DNA of 63,992 nt, the filler included, from Stramenopiles sp. TOSAG23-2 (Eukaryota): NCBI GenBank assembly GCA_900128395.1. It is 5 parts of 5 records of this genome, joined end to end, with 100 filler letters (N's around TTAATTAATTAA, not from the genome) between each part and the next. Parts side by side here need not be neighbours in the genome. Positions count along the whole stretch, not along the records: positions 12,940 to 25,742 come from LT649833.1; 4 more parts are not named here. The stretch is one strand, 5' to 3'. The position numbers and the translations under genes are program-made. This document shows positions 13,399-23,735 of this stretch, one piece after another. A model generated the notes under the pieces. That model was given only the letters and a program-made list of their open reading frames with translations, ran no database searches and was not told where the DNA came from. Every line of letters begins with the position of its first letter. Position 1 is the first letter of the stretch.

Positions 13399-15484
13399 TT
13401 ACAACTTTGATCCAACTGCTACTTTTTTATTCGTTGTTTTTGCTTCAACTTGATTATTAAATGCAGCAACTGGTGTCTGCATGTATTTATATTTGATATC
13501 TCTTGAGATCATAGCATTATAACGAAGGTCCATCCTACCTTCCAAATTCATTGTCATGCCATCACGTTCTACGGTATTATCTAGAATACAATAAAATCTA
13601 CCATTTTGTGCATGGTTAAATACTTCCGATGCTGCATAATCAGCAGTCATTCCATTATTCCAAATTGCTTGAAACCCTCTTACGGTATTCACGCTTGATT
13701 GGTCATTTGTGCGCCCTACTTCTGCTTTTACTTCCCCACCAGTTGCTTGTTCGCCAGATTGTAATAAATCTGTAACTACAATTGCTGGGCATAAAACAAC
13801 AACTCTTGTCCCGTTAGCTAACGGGTTTGTTGGATATGCTTCCAATTCTCTGTACACTTCTTCCGCTAAACCAAGTGCTGCAAGTTTTGAAGTCCCATAT
13901 GGACCAGATCCACCAAACATAATGCCAGCACTACTTGCCGTTATTTCAATGATACATGGTTTATCTACTGACGTTGCATTTGCCATATGTGGAACAAATG
14001 TACGTAACGTATTTGCCGCGCCAATAACATTCACGTTATATGTAGTTTGCCATTCTTTTTCTGTGCCTGTAGAGCGTAGCGTATAAAAATGAGTGATGTG
14101 TTAGAGAGGATATCTTTTATCATGTTTAGGAGAATAGAATTTACTTGCCACTTAAGATGGTACTACCTGTAAAAATCACACCAGCATTTGCTCCTATAAA
14201 TTGAATTGATTTCCCTGGAAATGCAGTTGTAGTTGATTTCAATAAAGCTTGTAACGATTCTTCCGATGTGACATCACAGATGAAACCTTCAACTCGTCCA
14301 TTTCCTTTTTCCATTCGCAATGTGCGTATAGCTTTGGATAATGGTTCTTGCCTAACATCACTTAAAACTACATTCATGCCTAATTCTTTTGCTTTTTTCC
14401 CCATCGCATAACCCATTCCAGTTGCACTTCCAGTTATAATCGCAACACCATCTTTCAATTTCTTTATATCCATTGGCATTGCAGCTAATTGTTGGGTTTC
14501 TGTGTTTAAATACGGTGCAATTTGTCTTGATTTCATTGCTGAATATCGTTGTGCAATTCTCGCATCCATATTATCAGAATAAGTTGAATTTACTCCTTCA
14601 ATATTCGATAAAATACAATAAAATTTCTCCTCTTCAACATGTTTTAAAACTTGTTGCGCAACCCAATCTGGTGTCATACTTTTTGCCCATCGTGCTTTAA
14701 ACATCTTTACAGTAAGATCGGATACTTTATCATTATTACGTGCCATTTCAGCTTTCACTTGACCATTTGTAGCTGCTTCACCAGATTGTAATAAATTTGT
14801 ATTAGTAATTGTAGGACATAATGCTACAACTTGAATTTTACCTATTGCACCTGCTGTCATTAATTCCGTATGCAACGCTTCTGCTATACCTAATGCAGAT
14901 AATTTTGACAAGTTATATGGTCCATTGCCACCAAAAGCAACACCGGCAGCAGATGCTGTTATTTCAACGACAGACTCTGTATCTTGTGCTATCAAAACTG
15001 GTACAAATGTATTTAATGTTAAATAGACACCTTGTACATTAACATCAAATGTTTTTTGCCATTCTGCAGCTGAACCTGAAAATAACGTTGAGCCTGTGAA
15101 TCTGTGAAACGTAACGTATGAAAAAATAATGTGTTAGAGAGAGTGTCTTTTATATAGGTTTCGGGGAATTGAATTAACTTACATAACACCAGCATTTGCG
15201 CCAACAAAACCAATTGGATTGCTTGGAAATGCATTTTGTACTGAAGCTAATAAATTTCGTACTGAATTGCCACTTGTTACATCACATACAAATCCAACTA
15301 CCTTCGTATTGCTATTTAACGCTTGCACTTGTTTGACTGCATCATTTAAGACATCTTCTCTAATATCTGTCAATACGATATGCATATTTAATTTTTGACA
15401 TTCTATTGCTAAGTTTAATCCTAATCCACTTGCCGAACCAGTAATCACAGCTACTTTGTTTTTTAATTTTTTCAAATCAAACAT
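13399..15484 (-). CDS. Tandem double short-chain dehydrogenase/reductase (SDR-SDR), 3 exons (15484-15183, 15101-14149, 14066-13399), 640 aa, PTS1 SKL
   Basis: Two copies each of TGSAxGxG, CDVT, NAGV and YxxxK (YNLSK, YGTSK). Both splices keep frame and give matching GSTLFSGSAAEWQ / GSTILSGTEKEWQ. Confidence 0.9.
14067..14148 (-). mobile_element. Introner-like spliceosomal intron B (82 nt, GC-AG)
   Basis: GCAAGT donor, CTCTAAC, TACAG acceptor; full-length similarity to the introns at 15102-15182 and 29731-29814. Confidence 0.75.
15102..15182 (-). mobile_element. Introner-like spliceosomal intron A (81 nt, GT-AG)
   Basis: GTAAGT...CTCTCTAACACAT...CATACGTTACGTTTCACAG; similar to introns B and C. 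Confidence 0.75.
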
Positions 15485-15648
15485 GGTGGGGATGATAATA
15501 ATAATACTATAACGATGATGTAATAATAATATTCACACAATACTTGATAGCACTGATAATTCTTATTAATGTTCACACGGAATATGTTATACTTTGTTTT
15601 GTTGTCTAGTATAATTAAATATATGGTATAACTCGACGAGTATAAAAA

Positions 15649-16275
15649 TTAATAAATATAAACTCGACGAGTCAGTAAAATGATAAATGTATATATATAG
15701 TGTAGTATATATACAGTATATAATAAAAAAATAATATCTTTTTGGCCATAGCAACAACTATCTTCTAATACCTGTATTACTTGTTGTTGAAATACAGCGC
15801 CTGTACATTCTACTGCTGTGTGGGCCTGGTGGGCAACAATACCAAGTATAACAAAAGGAAAAATGATGGGTTTGTGACGCTTATACCTTAATTGAATTAA
15901 TCTTAGTCTTACCTCTCTACCTCTCGTGCAAACTGGCAAACTTCGCAAAAACTCAAACTTTTTGTCTGATTTATACTTGTTTGAATATATAATTATGATC
16001 CATTTGATAGGGTATATCTTTTTTTGGATTACGCTTTTGATTTCATTGATGGTTGAAGAAGAAGTGTTTTGCACATCACAAGCGGGCACACACCACCGGC
16101 ACATCAGTATTATAGTATCAAAAAATATGTATCTTCCATACCTCCAACAACAGAAATAGAATATTAACATTAGAAGAATTATCATACAGATAGAAAATGT
16201 TATTATGTAACATAAACATTCTTGTATTGTTGTAATATTTTTAAATATAAAGTTTCCTTGACTAAAGTATTCCAA
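15649..16275 (-). CDS. Possible small membrane protein (doubtful ORF)
   Basis: 208-codon ATG ORF with a hydrophobic Cys-rich segment; long for AT-rich DNA, but no recognisable domain and the 3' half looks intergenic. Confidence 0.25.
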   Translation of the reverse strand: MEYFSQGNFIFKNITTIQECLCYIITFSICMIILLMLIFYFCCWRYGRYIFFDTIILMCRWCVPACDVQNTSSSTINEIKSVIQKKIYPIKWIIIIYSNKYKSDKKFEFLRSLPVCTRGREVRLRLIQLRYKRHKPIIFPFVILGIVAHQAHTAVECTGAVFQQQVIQVLEDSCCYGQKDIIFLLYTVYILHYIYTFIILLTRRVYIY

Positions 16276-16325
16276 TAGGGTAGATATTGTTATATATATA
16301 TATATATGTTTATTTAAAAGAACAG

Positions 16326-17609
16326 ATGGATTTATTACAAGATGTAAAAGTAGTAGAGTTATCTACATTTGTTGCTGGACCAGCTGCTGGTGGCATATTA
16401 GCAGATTTTGGTGCGGAAGTCATACGCGTTGAACAAGCATCTGGAGATATCTTCAGAGATGCTTATACGTCGTTAGTCGGTGTAACTTTTAAAGATCCAT
16501 ATTCAAGATCGCCATCGTTCTATGTTGATAATCGTGGTAAAAAATCTATCGTATTAGATTTAAAAAGACAAGATTGCTTAGAAGCTTTTTATAAATTATG
16601 TGAATCTGCTGATGTTTTCGTTTCGAACCAACGTGCATCTGTGTTGGATAAACTAGGCTTGAATCCCCGTGACATGCATAAACGTTTTCCACATTTAATC
16701 ATATGCCCTATCACGGCATACGGTTTGGAAGGGGCTGATGCATCGCGACCTGGTTACGACGTAGGTGCATTTTGGGCAAGGTCTTCTGCTGCATGGACAC
16801 ATACACGTGAAGATGATCAAAATATCACTAGTGGTGCATCTGCTTTTGGTGATCATGCAACTGGCATGGCAAGTGTAACGGGTATATTAGCAGCATTGCA
16901 TAAACAACGTATTACTGGCAAAGGTGATATTGTTAAAACGAGTTTATTGCGAACTGGTGTTTATTTTAATTCATGGGGAATTGCAAATAATTTGCAACCA
17001 AGGATAAATAAGGATTTAGGTGGAAGTGGTCGAGTACCAACCACACCAGGTGGTGCTGGTATCCGTGATAAAGCAGCAAACCCATTGATTAATGTTTACA
17101 AAGGCAAAGATCAAAAAAGCTTTTGGTTATTAGGTTATGAAGCCGATAGGCATTGGCCAGGTGTGAAAACGATGATGAATTCAGTTGGTGCTACATACGT
17201 AAATGATGAAAAATTTAATTCATTAAGAGGCAGAATGAAAAATAATTTGGAATTGATTAAGTATATGGATACTACATTTCAAACCAAAAATCGTGATGAA
17301 TGGTTAAAGATATTTGATGAGTTTCAAATATGGTTTCAACCAGTACAAGATACAGCTGAGGTTATACATGATCAACAAATCATAGCAAATAAAATGTTGG
17401 CTAAGATTAAACCATCAAAAGATGATATCAAAGGATACGAAACGTTGCCATCTGTTGGTCCACCTGTTGGATTTGAAAGTTCCGGGGATGATTTAGTGTT
17501 CAACCATGTCCCAACCGTTGGTGAAAATACATATGAAGTCTTGAAAAGTCTTGGGTATACCGATGAACAAATTGCTAAATTAGGCAATCCAAAAGGTGGC
17601 AAGCTGTAA
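16326..17609 (+). CDS. Family III CoA-transferase (CaiB/BaiF/AMACR-like)
   Basis: VVELSTFVAGP, LADFGAEVIRVE, NRGKKSIVLDLK, ADVFVSN, PGYD, GDHATG, PTVGENTYEVL; first ATG at 16326; ends GKL. Confidence 0.93.
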   Translation: MDLLQDVKVVELSTFVAGPAAGGILADFGAEVIRVEQASGDIFRDAYTSLVGVTFKDPYSRSPSFYVDNRGKKSIVLDLKRQDCLEAFYKLCESADVFVSNQRASVLDKLGLNPRDMHKRFPHLIICPITAYGLEGADASRPGYDVGAFWARSSAAWTHTREDDQNITSGASAFGDHATGMASVTGILAALHKQRITGKGDIVKTSLLRTGVYFNSWGIANNLQPRINKDLGGSGRVPTTPGGAGIRDKAANPLINVYKGKDQKSFWLLGYEADRHWPGVKTMMNSVGATYVNDEKFNSLRGRMKNNLELIKYMDTTFQTKNRDEWLKIFDEFQIWFQPVQDTAEVIHDQQIIANKMLAKIKPSKDDIKGYETLPSVGPPVGFESSGDDLVFNHVPTVGENTYEVLKSLGYTDEQIAKLGNPKGGKL

Positions 17610-18039
17610 TAAATAATACGACAACAGTTTTAAGAGAGAGTTCACGGAGTTTATAGAGAATATCAGAGAGAAGAGAATATAATAAAAAATGTTTATGGAA
17701 AAAAATGTTTTGATTGATAGTATATATAAAACAGTAGTAGATTTTTATTTTAAGGTGCAATTGATAAACCAGTTTATTAAGGACAAAAAAAGACCTCTAT
17801 TAAATTTATTATTACTTTATACATGTAGGACATATATGTATTATATATAAAAATCAAAATAGACGATCCCTCCAGTAGTATAAATAAAATAGTCTATATA
17901 TAATTAGAATAATATATATGTAATATCAAAATTAAATAATCAGAGTACATATTAGTACCTACTACAAAATAGATCCCTCGGCAATACATATATATATTAT
18001 ATATAGTAGAAAAAATATACTCTTCGTAAAATTCAAAAG

Positions 18040-19014
18040 ATGACTTCCGGTGATGGCACAATTAATTCAGGCCAGGATATCTATTCGTATTCACAAATTA
18101 TTCAAGGGATTTTAATATTGCTTTCTTCAATAGTTGCTGTAGGAGGCTATGTAGTTCAATCACGAGCGGCAAAGAAACAACATATACTAGAAAGTAGACT
18201 TGAGCATCTACGAAATTTATTGGAAAAATATGTTGGTCCTGCACAGTCACTTGGGTCTACTGCAAATACACTTAGAATGGGTTTGCTGAAGTATGTGTAT
18301 CATGTTCATAAAGGAAAAAAAGATATGGGATATAGGGAAATGATGGATGATATATACGGGGAAGGTGCACTTTCAGAAGTTATAGCTGGGAATATTTGTG
18401 AATATGATAGATTGCTTTCAAAAGAAGTGGAAAATGAAATTGTTGCAAATCCAAATTCAACCTTGGCAAAAATGTATCGACGTACAATGCGATTGATGAT
18501 ATATGAATATATGCAACCATTAGCAAAATTGCTATCTATTAATATGGGTATTTTCCCTTTGCCTTCTCGGGAAGAGTTTAAAAGACGTTTTCCTGGACAT
18601 CGCGGTGCAACATTAAGAAAAACTTTTTTATTATGGCAATGTTGCTGGACACAAGAAATGACTAAAATAATTGAAGATGAATGGGACAAAGGTATTTATA
18701 CCAGTGTTTTTACTACAATGACACCATACCCAACACATTGTAATTCATTGCTAGCAGGGATGTTATCCGATTTGAAGAAAGAGATAGAAACCCTTACTGA
18801 AGGATTTATAAAGGCAACAGATAATCTTTCAATGCAAGAGCAAACAAAGCTTTCCCAAAAATTGCATCAATTAAAAAAAAAGGGAGAAAGTGGTGATAAA
18901 GAAAATAATAATAAAAAAAAGAACAAAGAAGTTGTTGTTAATATGAATAAAACAACATTAACCAATAATAATGGTAGTAAGAATGCCAGCGCTAGCAAAT
19001 ATGTGGCAAAGTGA
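18040..19014 (+). CDS. Hypothetical protein with one N-terminal transmembrane helix
   Basis: 324-aa ORF with coding-like composition; IIQGILILLSSIVAVGGYVV helix; basic/N-rich tail. Confidence 0.7.
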   Translation: MTSGDGTINSGQDIYSYSQIIQGILILLSSIVAVGGYVVQSRAAKKQHILESRLEHLRNLLEKYVGPAQSLGSTANTLRMGLLKYVYHVHKGKKDMGYREMMDDIYGEGALSEVIAGNICEYDRLLSKEVENEIVANPNSTLAKMYRRTMRLMIYEYMQPLAKLLSINMGIFPLPSREEFKRRFPGHRGATLRKTFLLWQCCWTQEMTKIIEDEWDKGIYTSVFTTMTPYPTHCNSLLAGMLSDLKKEIETLTEGFIKATDNLSMQEQTKLSQKLHQLKKKGESGDKENNNKKKNKEVVVNMNKTTLTNNNGSKNASASKYVAK

Positions 19015-19393
19015 TATATATTCATATCATATATATATATATTTTTTTTTACTGAAGACGAACTTTGTATGAGATATCACACACACATGTTTTAGGAGTA
19101 TGGTTTCGTACAAAACAAGTATACGTAGAAAATGCTTTATCTTTTTTTTTGTATTATATACATAACAGTTCCATTTTATAAAAATAAAATTTCGTATGAT
19201 ACGATATATATATATATGTCTTTTTTTTAAATTTACGCGTTACAAAAATTCTCTCCTTGTTTCTTTGTCTTTTAGTATGAAATGCATAGTCCAGTAGTCT
19301 TCACACACACATAATAGATTACGAACGTATATTTTATTAAAATAAATATCAAAAATAAAATATCTCTCTCTCTCTCATCTCCATTTTAACTTT

Positions 19394-21382
19394 TCATTTT
19401 TTCAAACCACTGAAATCATGTTCCAGTTGCATGACAATTTCACAATGGTTTGATTGTGGAAACATATCGACTGATGTTGCACGAATTGGTTTGTATGGAA
19501 ATCCTCTTACATTTCTTTTCTTTGGTAAACATAATTTATAAATATCCTCAATAAATGAACCTTTTGGATTACATGATACATACACTAAACAATCAATAGC
19601 TCTACACGTACGTAAGGCATGAATGACACTTGGATGCAAACCAGCACGTGGAGGATCAACTATTGCAACAACTTTTGTATCATTTTTTACATTATTTCTA
19701 ATGCTACTGCTACCACTGCTACTATTATCATTACCATCATCTTTCTTCGATGTTGATGTTATTTTCAACAACATTTTCCCCAACACATCTTCTGCTTTAG
19801 ATGCAATAAATTCAGCATTCGATATGTTATTATGCTTCGCGTTTTCAATCGCATCTTCTACTGCAGATTCACACATTTCTACACCAATTAATTTATTGAC
19901 TTTATCCCCCAATTTTGACGTTACACAAATACCAATTGTTCCGGTACCACAACATACATCAACTATGGTGACTTTACTATCCTGGTTATTATTATTATCA
20001 TCTTTTGCATTTTTATCAAAACTGCTAGTGCAAAAATCGGATACGATTGAATATAATTTATTTGCTCCTTCTGTGTTAATTTGAAAGAAAGAATTTGGTG
20101 ACATTTTGAAATCTAAATTTAAAATAGTATCTGCTATTGTTTTGGTTCCATACAAATGTTCTACTGGATCATTGCTACTAGGTTGTGACGGGCCGGTGTA
20201 ATATTGTATAAAAAAAGATTTCCAAACGTTTTCATCACCACCATTTTTAAACCATAATTTCAATTTTTCTACTTCTTCCAACCAATGCATTGGAGGATTT
20301 GACATATCAATATTAATTTGCAATATGATCATCATGTGCTTCGAGGTAGAACTAAATTTCACCGTCATTTGCCTCCATGTACCTTGGTGCGTCATGTAAT
20401 CATATGGTGGAAACTTCGATTCGACTAAAAAATTATTAAATAATTCGCATGCTTTTAACACATGTGGTGGGCAAACAGAGCATTCATTTGGTTTTGCAAC
20501 TACTAATGTATCTCCAAATGAACCCAAACGAAAGCCAACAGTAACTTTTCCATCTTTATCTTTTCCTACTGTAAATTCACATTTATTGCGATAACCATGT
20601 TCAACTGGTGATGGGCAAATATCTTTATATTCACAACATCTTCCTTCAAAATCTCTAGATTGCACCCACGTTGGTAATCTATCAAAGGCCTTCATACCAG
20701 AGTTTTTTTCATCTTTTTTATAAATTTTTAACAAATCTTTTCTTGTTTTTCGTTTTATTTTTTTCAAAACCGTCATCATTTCTTGATTTTTTTGTTTTAA
20801 TTGATCGTCATATGACATATTCCAAAGTGGCATAACTTGATTGCGGATATCTTTTGGTTTTCCATCATCTACACGCTGCTTTTTATCAGCGTGTTGTTCC
20901 CCATTGTCGTTGCCATCTCGTTGTTGATTCAAATATGCTTCTCGTTTCCTAGATCCTTTTGCACTTTTACTATTACTTAAATTTGTCACCTTATCGCTTA
21001 CGATTAAATTTTTTCCTTTGTGCACAATTTCTGGAATCTTTAATAGTGCTTGTTGTTTTGACTCTTCATCATCAAAGGTAACAAATCCATATTTTATATG
21101 TCGTACTGGTCTCTTTTGACAATTTTTAAATGTTATCTTGTGTTTCTGTAGTAATCTCTTAAAATCTTTACGATTATCAAAATCTCTTAAATTTGTAACA
21201 AAAATCTTTAGCGAAGTTTGTCCATAATTATTATTATTATTGCTAGAAGAGGTGGATGAAGAGGAATAAGAAGAGGCATTATTATTATTATTATTATTAT
21301 TACTATTATCAGCAGCATCCTTAGTAATAACAGTAGTTGTTGTCGCGGTTATATCAATTGCTACATCTTGTTCTGTCTCCAT
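19394..21382 (-). CDS. TRM2: tRNA (uracil-5-)-methyltransferase TRM2/TRMT2A
   Basis: N-terminal RRM (YGFVTF), YRNKCEF, SPNSFFQIN, DVCCGTGTIG, IVDPPRAGLH, YVSCNP, VDMFPQSNHCE; first ATG at 21382. Confidence 0.93.
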   Translation of the reverse strand: METEQDVAIDITATTTTVITKDAADNSNNNNNNNNASSYSSSSTSSSNNNNNYGQTSLKIFVTNLRDFDNRKDFKRLLQKHKITFKNCQKRPVRHIKYGFVTFDDEESKQQALLKIPEIVHKGKNLIVSDKVTNLSNSKSAKGSRKREAYLNQQRDGNDNGEQHADKKQRVDDGKPKDIRNQVMPLWNMSYDDQLKQKNQEMMTVLKKIKRKTRKDLLKIYKKDEKNSGMKAFDRLPTWVQSRDFEGRCCEYKDICPSPVEHGYRNKCEFTVGKDKDGKVTVGFRLGSFGDTLVVAKPNECSVCPPHVLKACELFNNFLVESKFPPYDYMTHQGTWRQMTVKFSSTSKHMMIILQINIDMSNPPMHWLEEVEKLKLWFKNGGDENVWKSFFIQYYTGPSQPSSNDPVEHLYGTKTIADTILNLDFKMSPNSFFQINTEGANKLYSIVSDFCTSSFDKNAKDDNNNNQDSKVTIVDVCCGTGTIGICVTSKLGDKVNKLIGVEMCESAVEDAIENAKHNNISNAEFIASKAEDVLGKMLLKITSTSKKDDGNDNSSSGSSSIRNNVKNDTKVVAIVDPPRAGLHPSVIHALRTCRAIDCLVYVSCNPKGSFIEDIYKLCLPKKRNVRGFPYKPIRATSVDMFPQSNHCEIVMQLEHDFSGLKK

Positions 21383-21770
21383 GATAGTATGTTGATAATT
21401 CTTCACGTGACTGGCTAGATATAATCTTATCTATACGATCTTAATAGTTTATATATGTGTATGTACATATATATGTATGTGCCTGGTGTATGGAAATATA
21501 TAAATGTATATACAGTATATACCAGGTATATTAATATATTATAAAAATAATTCTAAAAAAAAAAAAAAAACTCTTCAACAATAAAAAATAATTTTATGGT
21601 GGTGGTGTTGGTAGTGTTGCTGTGATACTACGAGGAGGTTAAATACTAGTGAGTCATTTAAGGTATTAATAGGCAGAAAAAAAAGTGCCGTATAGTAGTA
21701 GCGTTTTAGTTTCCATAACCCTTGTAGACTTCAAAGAAGATAGATCTCCGCGTTGCAATATTATTATTTT

Positions 21771-22673
21771 TTAAACCTCTTCTTGTTGTTTGTATGTCGT
21801 ACTTTTTTTTCGTTTTTTGTTCTTTCCAATCATTCTAGAAAAATAACTTTTAATAGACCGTTGTTTTACAGAATTATTATCACAACCACTACCTGATAGA
21901 ATAATTCCACTTTGTTTGTCACCATCGTAGATTAAATTAAAATTTGTTAATGGAAATCTCTTCCCTAACTTTAATTTTTCTTTTGCATTATTAATAACTT
22001 TTACAACATGTTTCCCTTTATAGCGACATAGACATCTATATGCAGGTAGATTTACTTTATTTGCTTCTTCGCAAATATGACTGCCATAATTATGAATACC
22101 TGGTGCACCAAACATATATACAAATGAGGTTGCCAAAAAATTGAAAGATACATCACTATCTTTCGTTTTATAAAAAATTTCACCTGCATTTCTTATCGTC
22201 TTTAATGCATCCGCTTTATCTTCTTTCTCTAACTTTAAAAATTGTGACAAGGATTTACAATACCTTCTTGCATGATTGTTGGCAAAGCTTTTTATTAACA
22301 AATCACGTTGCTGTCGCTCTACAATATATTCTTTCTCTAACTCCATAATTTTATCTTTTTTTTCGTCAGATCTTTTCTTTAACCACACATCAAAAATAAA
22401 TATAGCTTCTTTCATTGCAGGTGTTTGATGTGGGTGATGTACCGCACGTTCTTTCATTGCTCTTATGGTCCAGTAACTTTTGTATTTACATCCTGGTTGA
22501 GTAGCCAATTCGATCGTTTTTGTTGCTACGATAGCATTTTTAAAGCCATTGCCTTTTATAGTTGTTGCCGGGTCGTTATCCGTAAAGAGATTCTTAGGTA
22601 TTATCGTAGCATTATTATTATTATCTTTTTCTATTATTCCATGGCATCTATCCCATTCTTTTGCTTCCTCCAT
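21771..22673 (-). CDS. Uncharacterised protein with C-terminal PIP-box-like motif and basic NLS-like tail
   Basis: 300-aa ORF; globular-looking LFTDNDPATTIKGNGFK...RAVHHPHQT segment; C-terminal QRSIKSYF then KNKKRKK. Confidence 0.75.
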   Translation of the reverse strand: MEEAKEWDRCHGIIEKDNNNNATIIPKNLFTDNDPATTIKGNGFKNAIVATKTIELATQPGCKYKSYWTIRAMKERAVHHPHQTPAMKEAIFIFDVWLKKRSDEKKDKIMELEKEYIVERQQRDLLIKSFANNHARRYCKSLSQFLKLEKEDKADALKTIRNAGEIFYKTKDSDVSFNFLATSFVYMFGAPGIHNYGSHICEEANKVNLPAYRCLCRYKGKHVVKVINNAKEKLKLGKRFPLTNFNLIYDGDKQSGIILSGSGCDNNSVKQRSIKSYFSRMIGKNKKRKKSTTYKQQEEV

Positions 22674-22933
22674 ATATTAATAATAGTCTATATATATATA
22701 TATATAGTATGCCGTTGATTTACTCTATTCGTCCTTTCTACAGCTTGCAACAAATATAATCCGTCAACACGCACATCTATTTATTATATGTTGATAACTG
22801 AAATTTCTATTTTCGTTTTTTCTGTTGTTGTTGTTGAAGTTAGATTAAAAGATTTTAAAGTTCGTTCTTCGAATATCAAAGCTTTGCTGGTTTGAGTAGC
22901 TCTTATCTCTCCAGAGAGTTCTCTCTGATCTCT

Positions 22934-23332
22934 CCTATAGGGGTGCAAAAACCTGGGTCACAGTATTCACCTGCTATAGTGGTATATACACTACATAGCA
23001 TTATAATGGTATTACTATATTATATTTATTTAATAGGTACATACCATTGGCTACTGTCATTAATTTTATCAGTCCATTTTCGCAATTTGATGCTTATATA
23101 CATAAATTATTAGATATTGATATATGGTTTTTGGCTACAAAACGAAAGTTGCGAAAATCTCCTGCATTCCAATTCTTGGTTCTTGCCGTGAATCACTTCG
23201 TACTTATGGCTATACTAAATACCTGTAATATATCTATCAAATATTTACAATGGTATGTCTATCTTGTATGCTATATCCACTGTATATATAGCAGGTGAAT
23301 ACTGCGACCCAGGGTTTTTGCACCCCTATAGG
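22934..23332. mobile_element. MITE-like non-autonomous element (~400 bp) with ~45-bp terminal inverted repeats
   Basis: CCTATAGGGGTGCAAAAACCTGGGTCACAGTATTCACCTGCTATA at 22934 matches the reverse complement of 23287-23332 with one mismatch and one indel; no internal gene. Confidence 0.8.
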
Positions 23333-23735
23333 TATATTATTTTAATGCATGCCTGGCATGTAGCACTGTAGTATTAAGATAATATAGCTGATCGGATATT
23401 AATTTTTAAGGTAAACATTTCAGAGAACATGGTACTGCGATAATATTATAAATCAGAAAAGAATTTTTCTTTCTGGATAAATTTTAATTTTATTTTTTAG
23501 ATTTTTTTGTGTGGTGGTGTTAGCTACCTGGTAAATATGATCCAATTTATACTTTTATCATACCAATATAAATATAATATATGCTGGTATGCATATGTGC
23601 ATATATATAATATTATGGAAAAATAATAATAAAAAAACAGAATGAATAGGAGATAAATTTGAATAACTAAAGAAGAAACAACAAAAACGAAACGAGGTAT
23701 ATAAGAACGTCATCAATTTCTTTGATGTCAATAAT

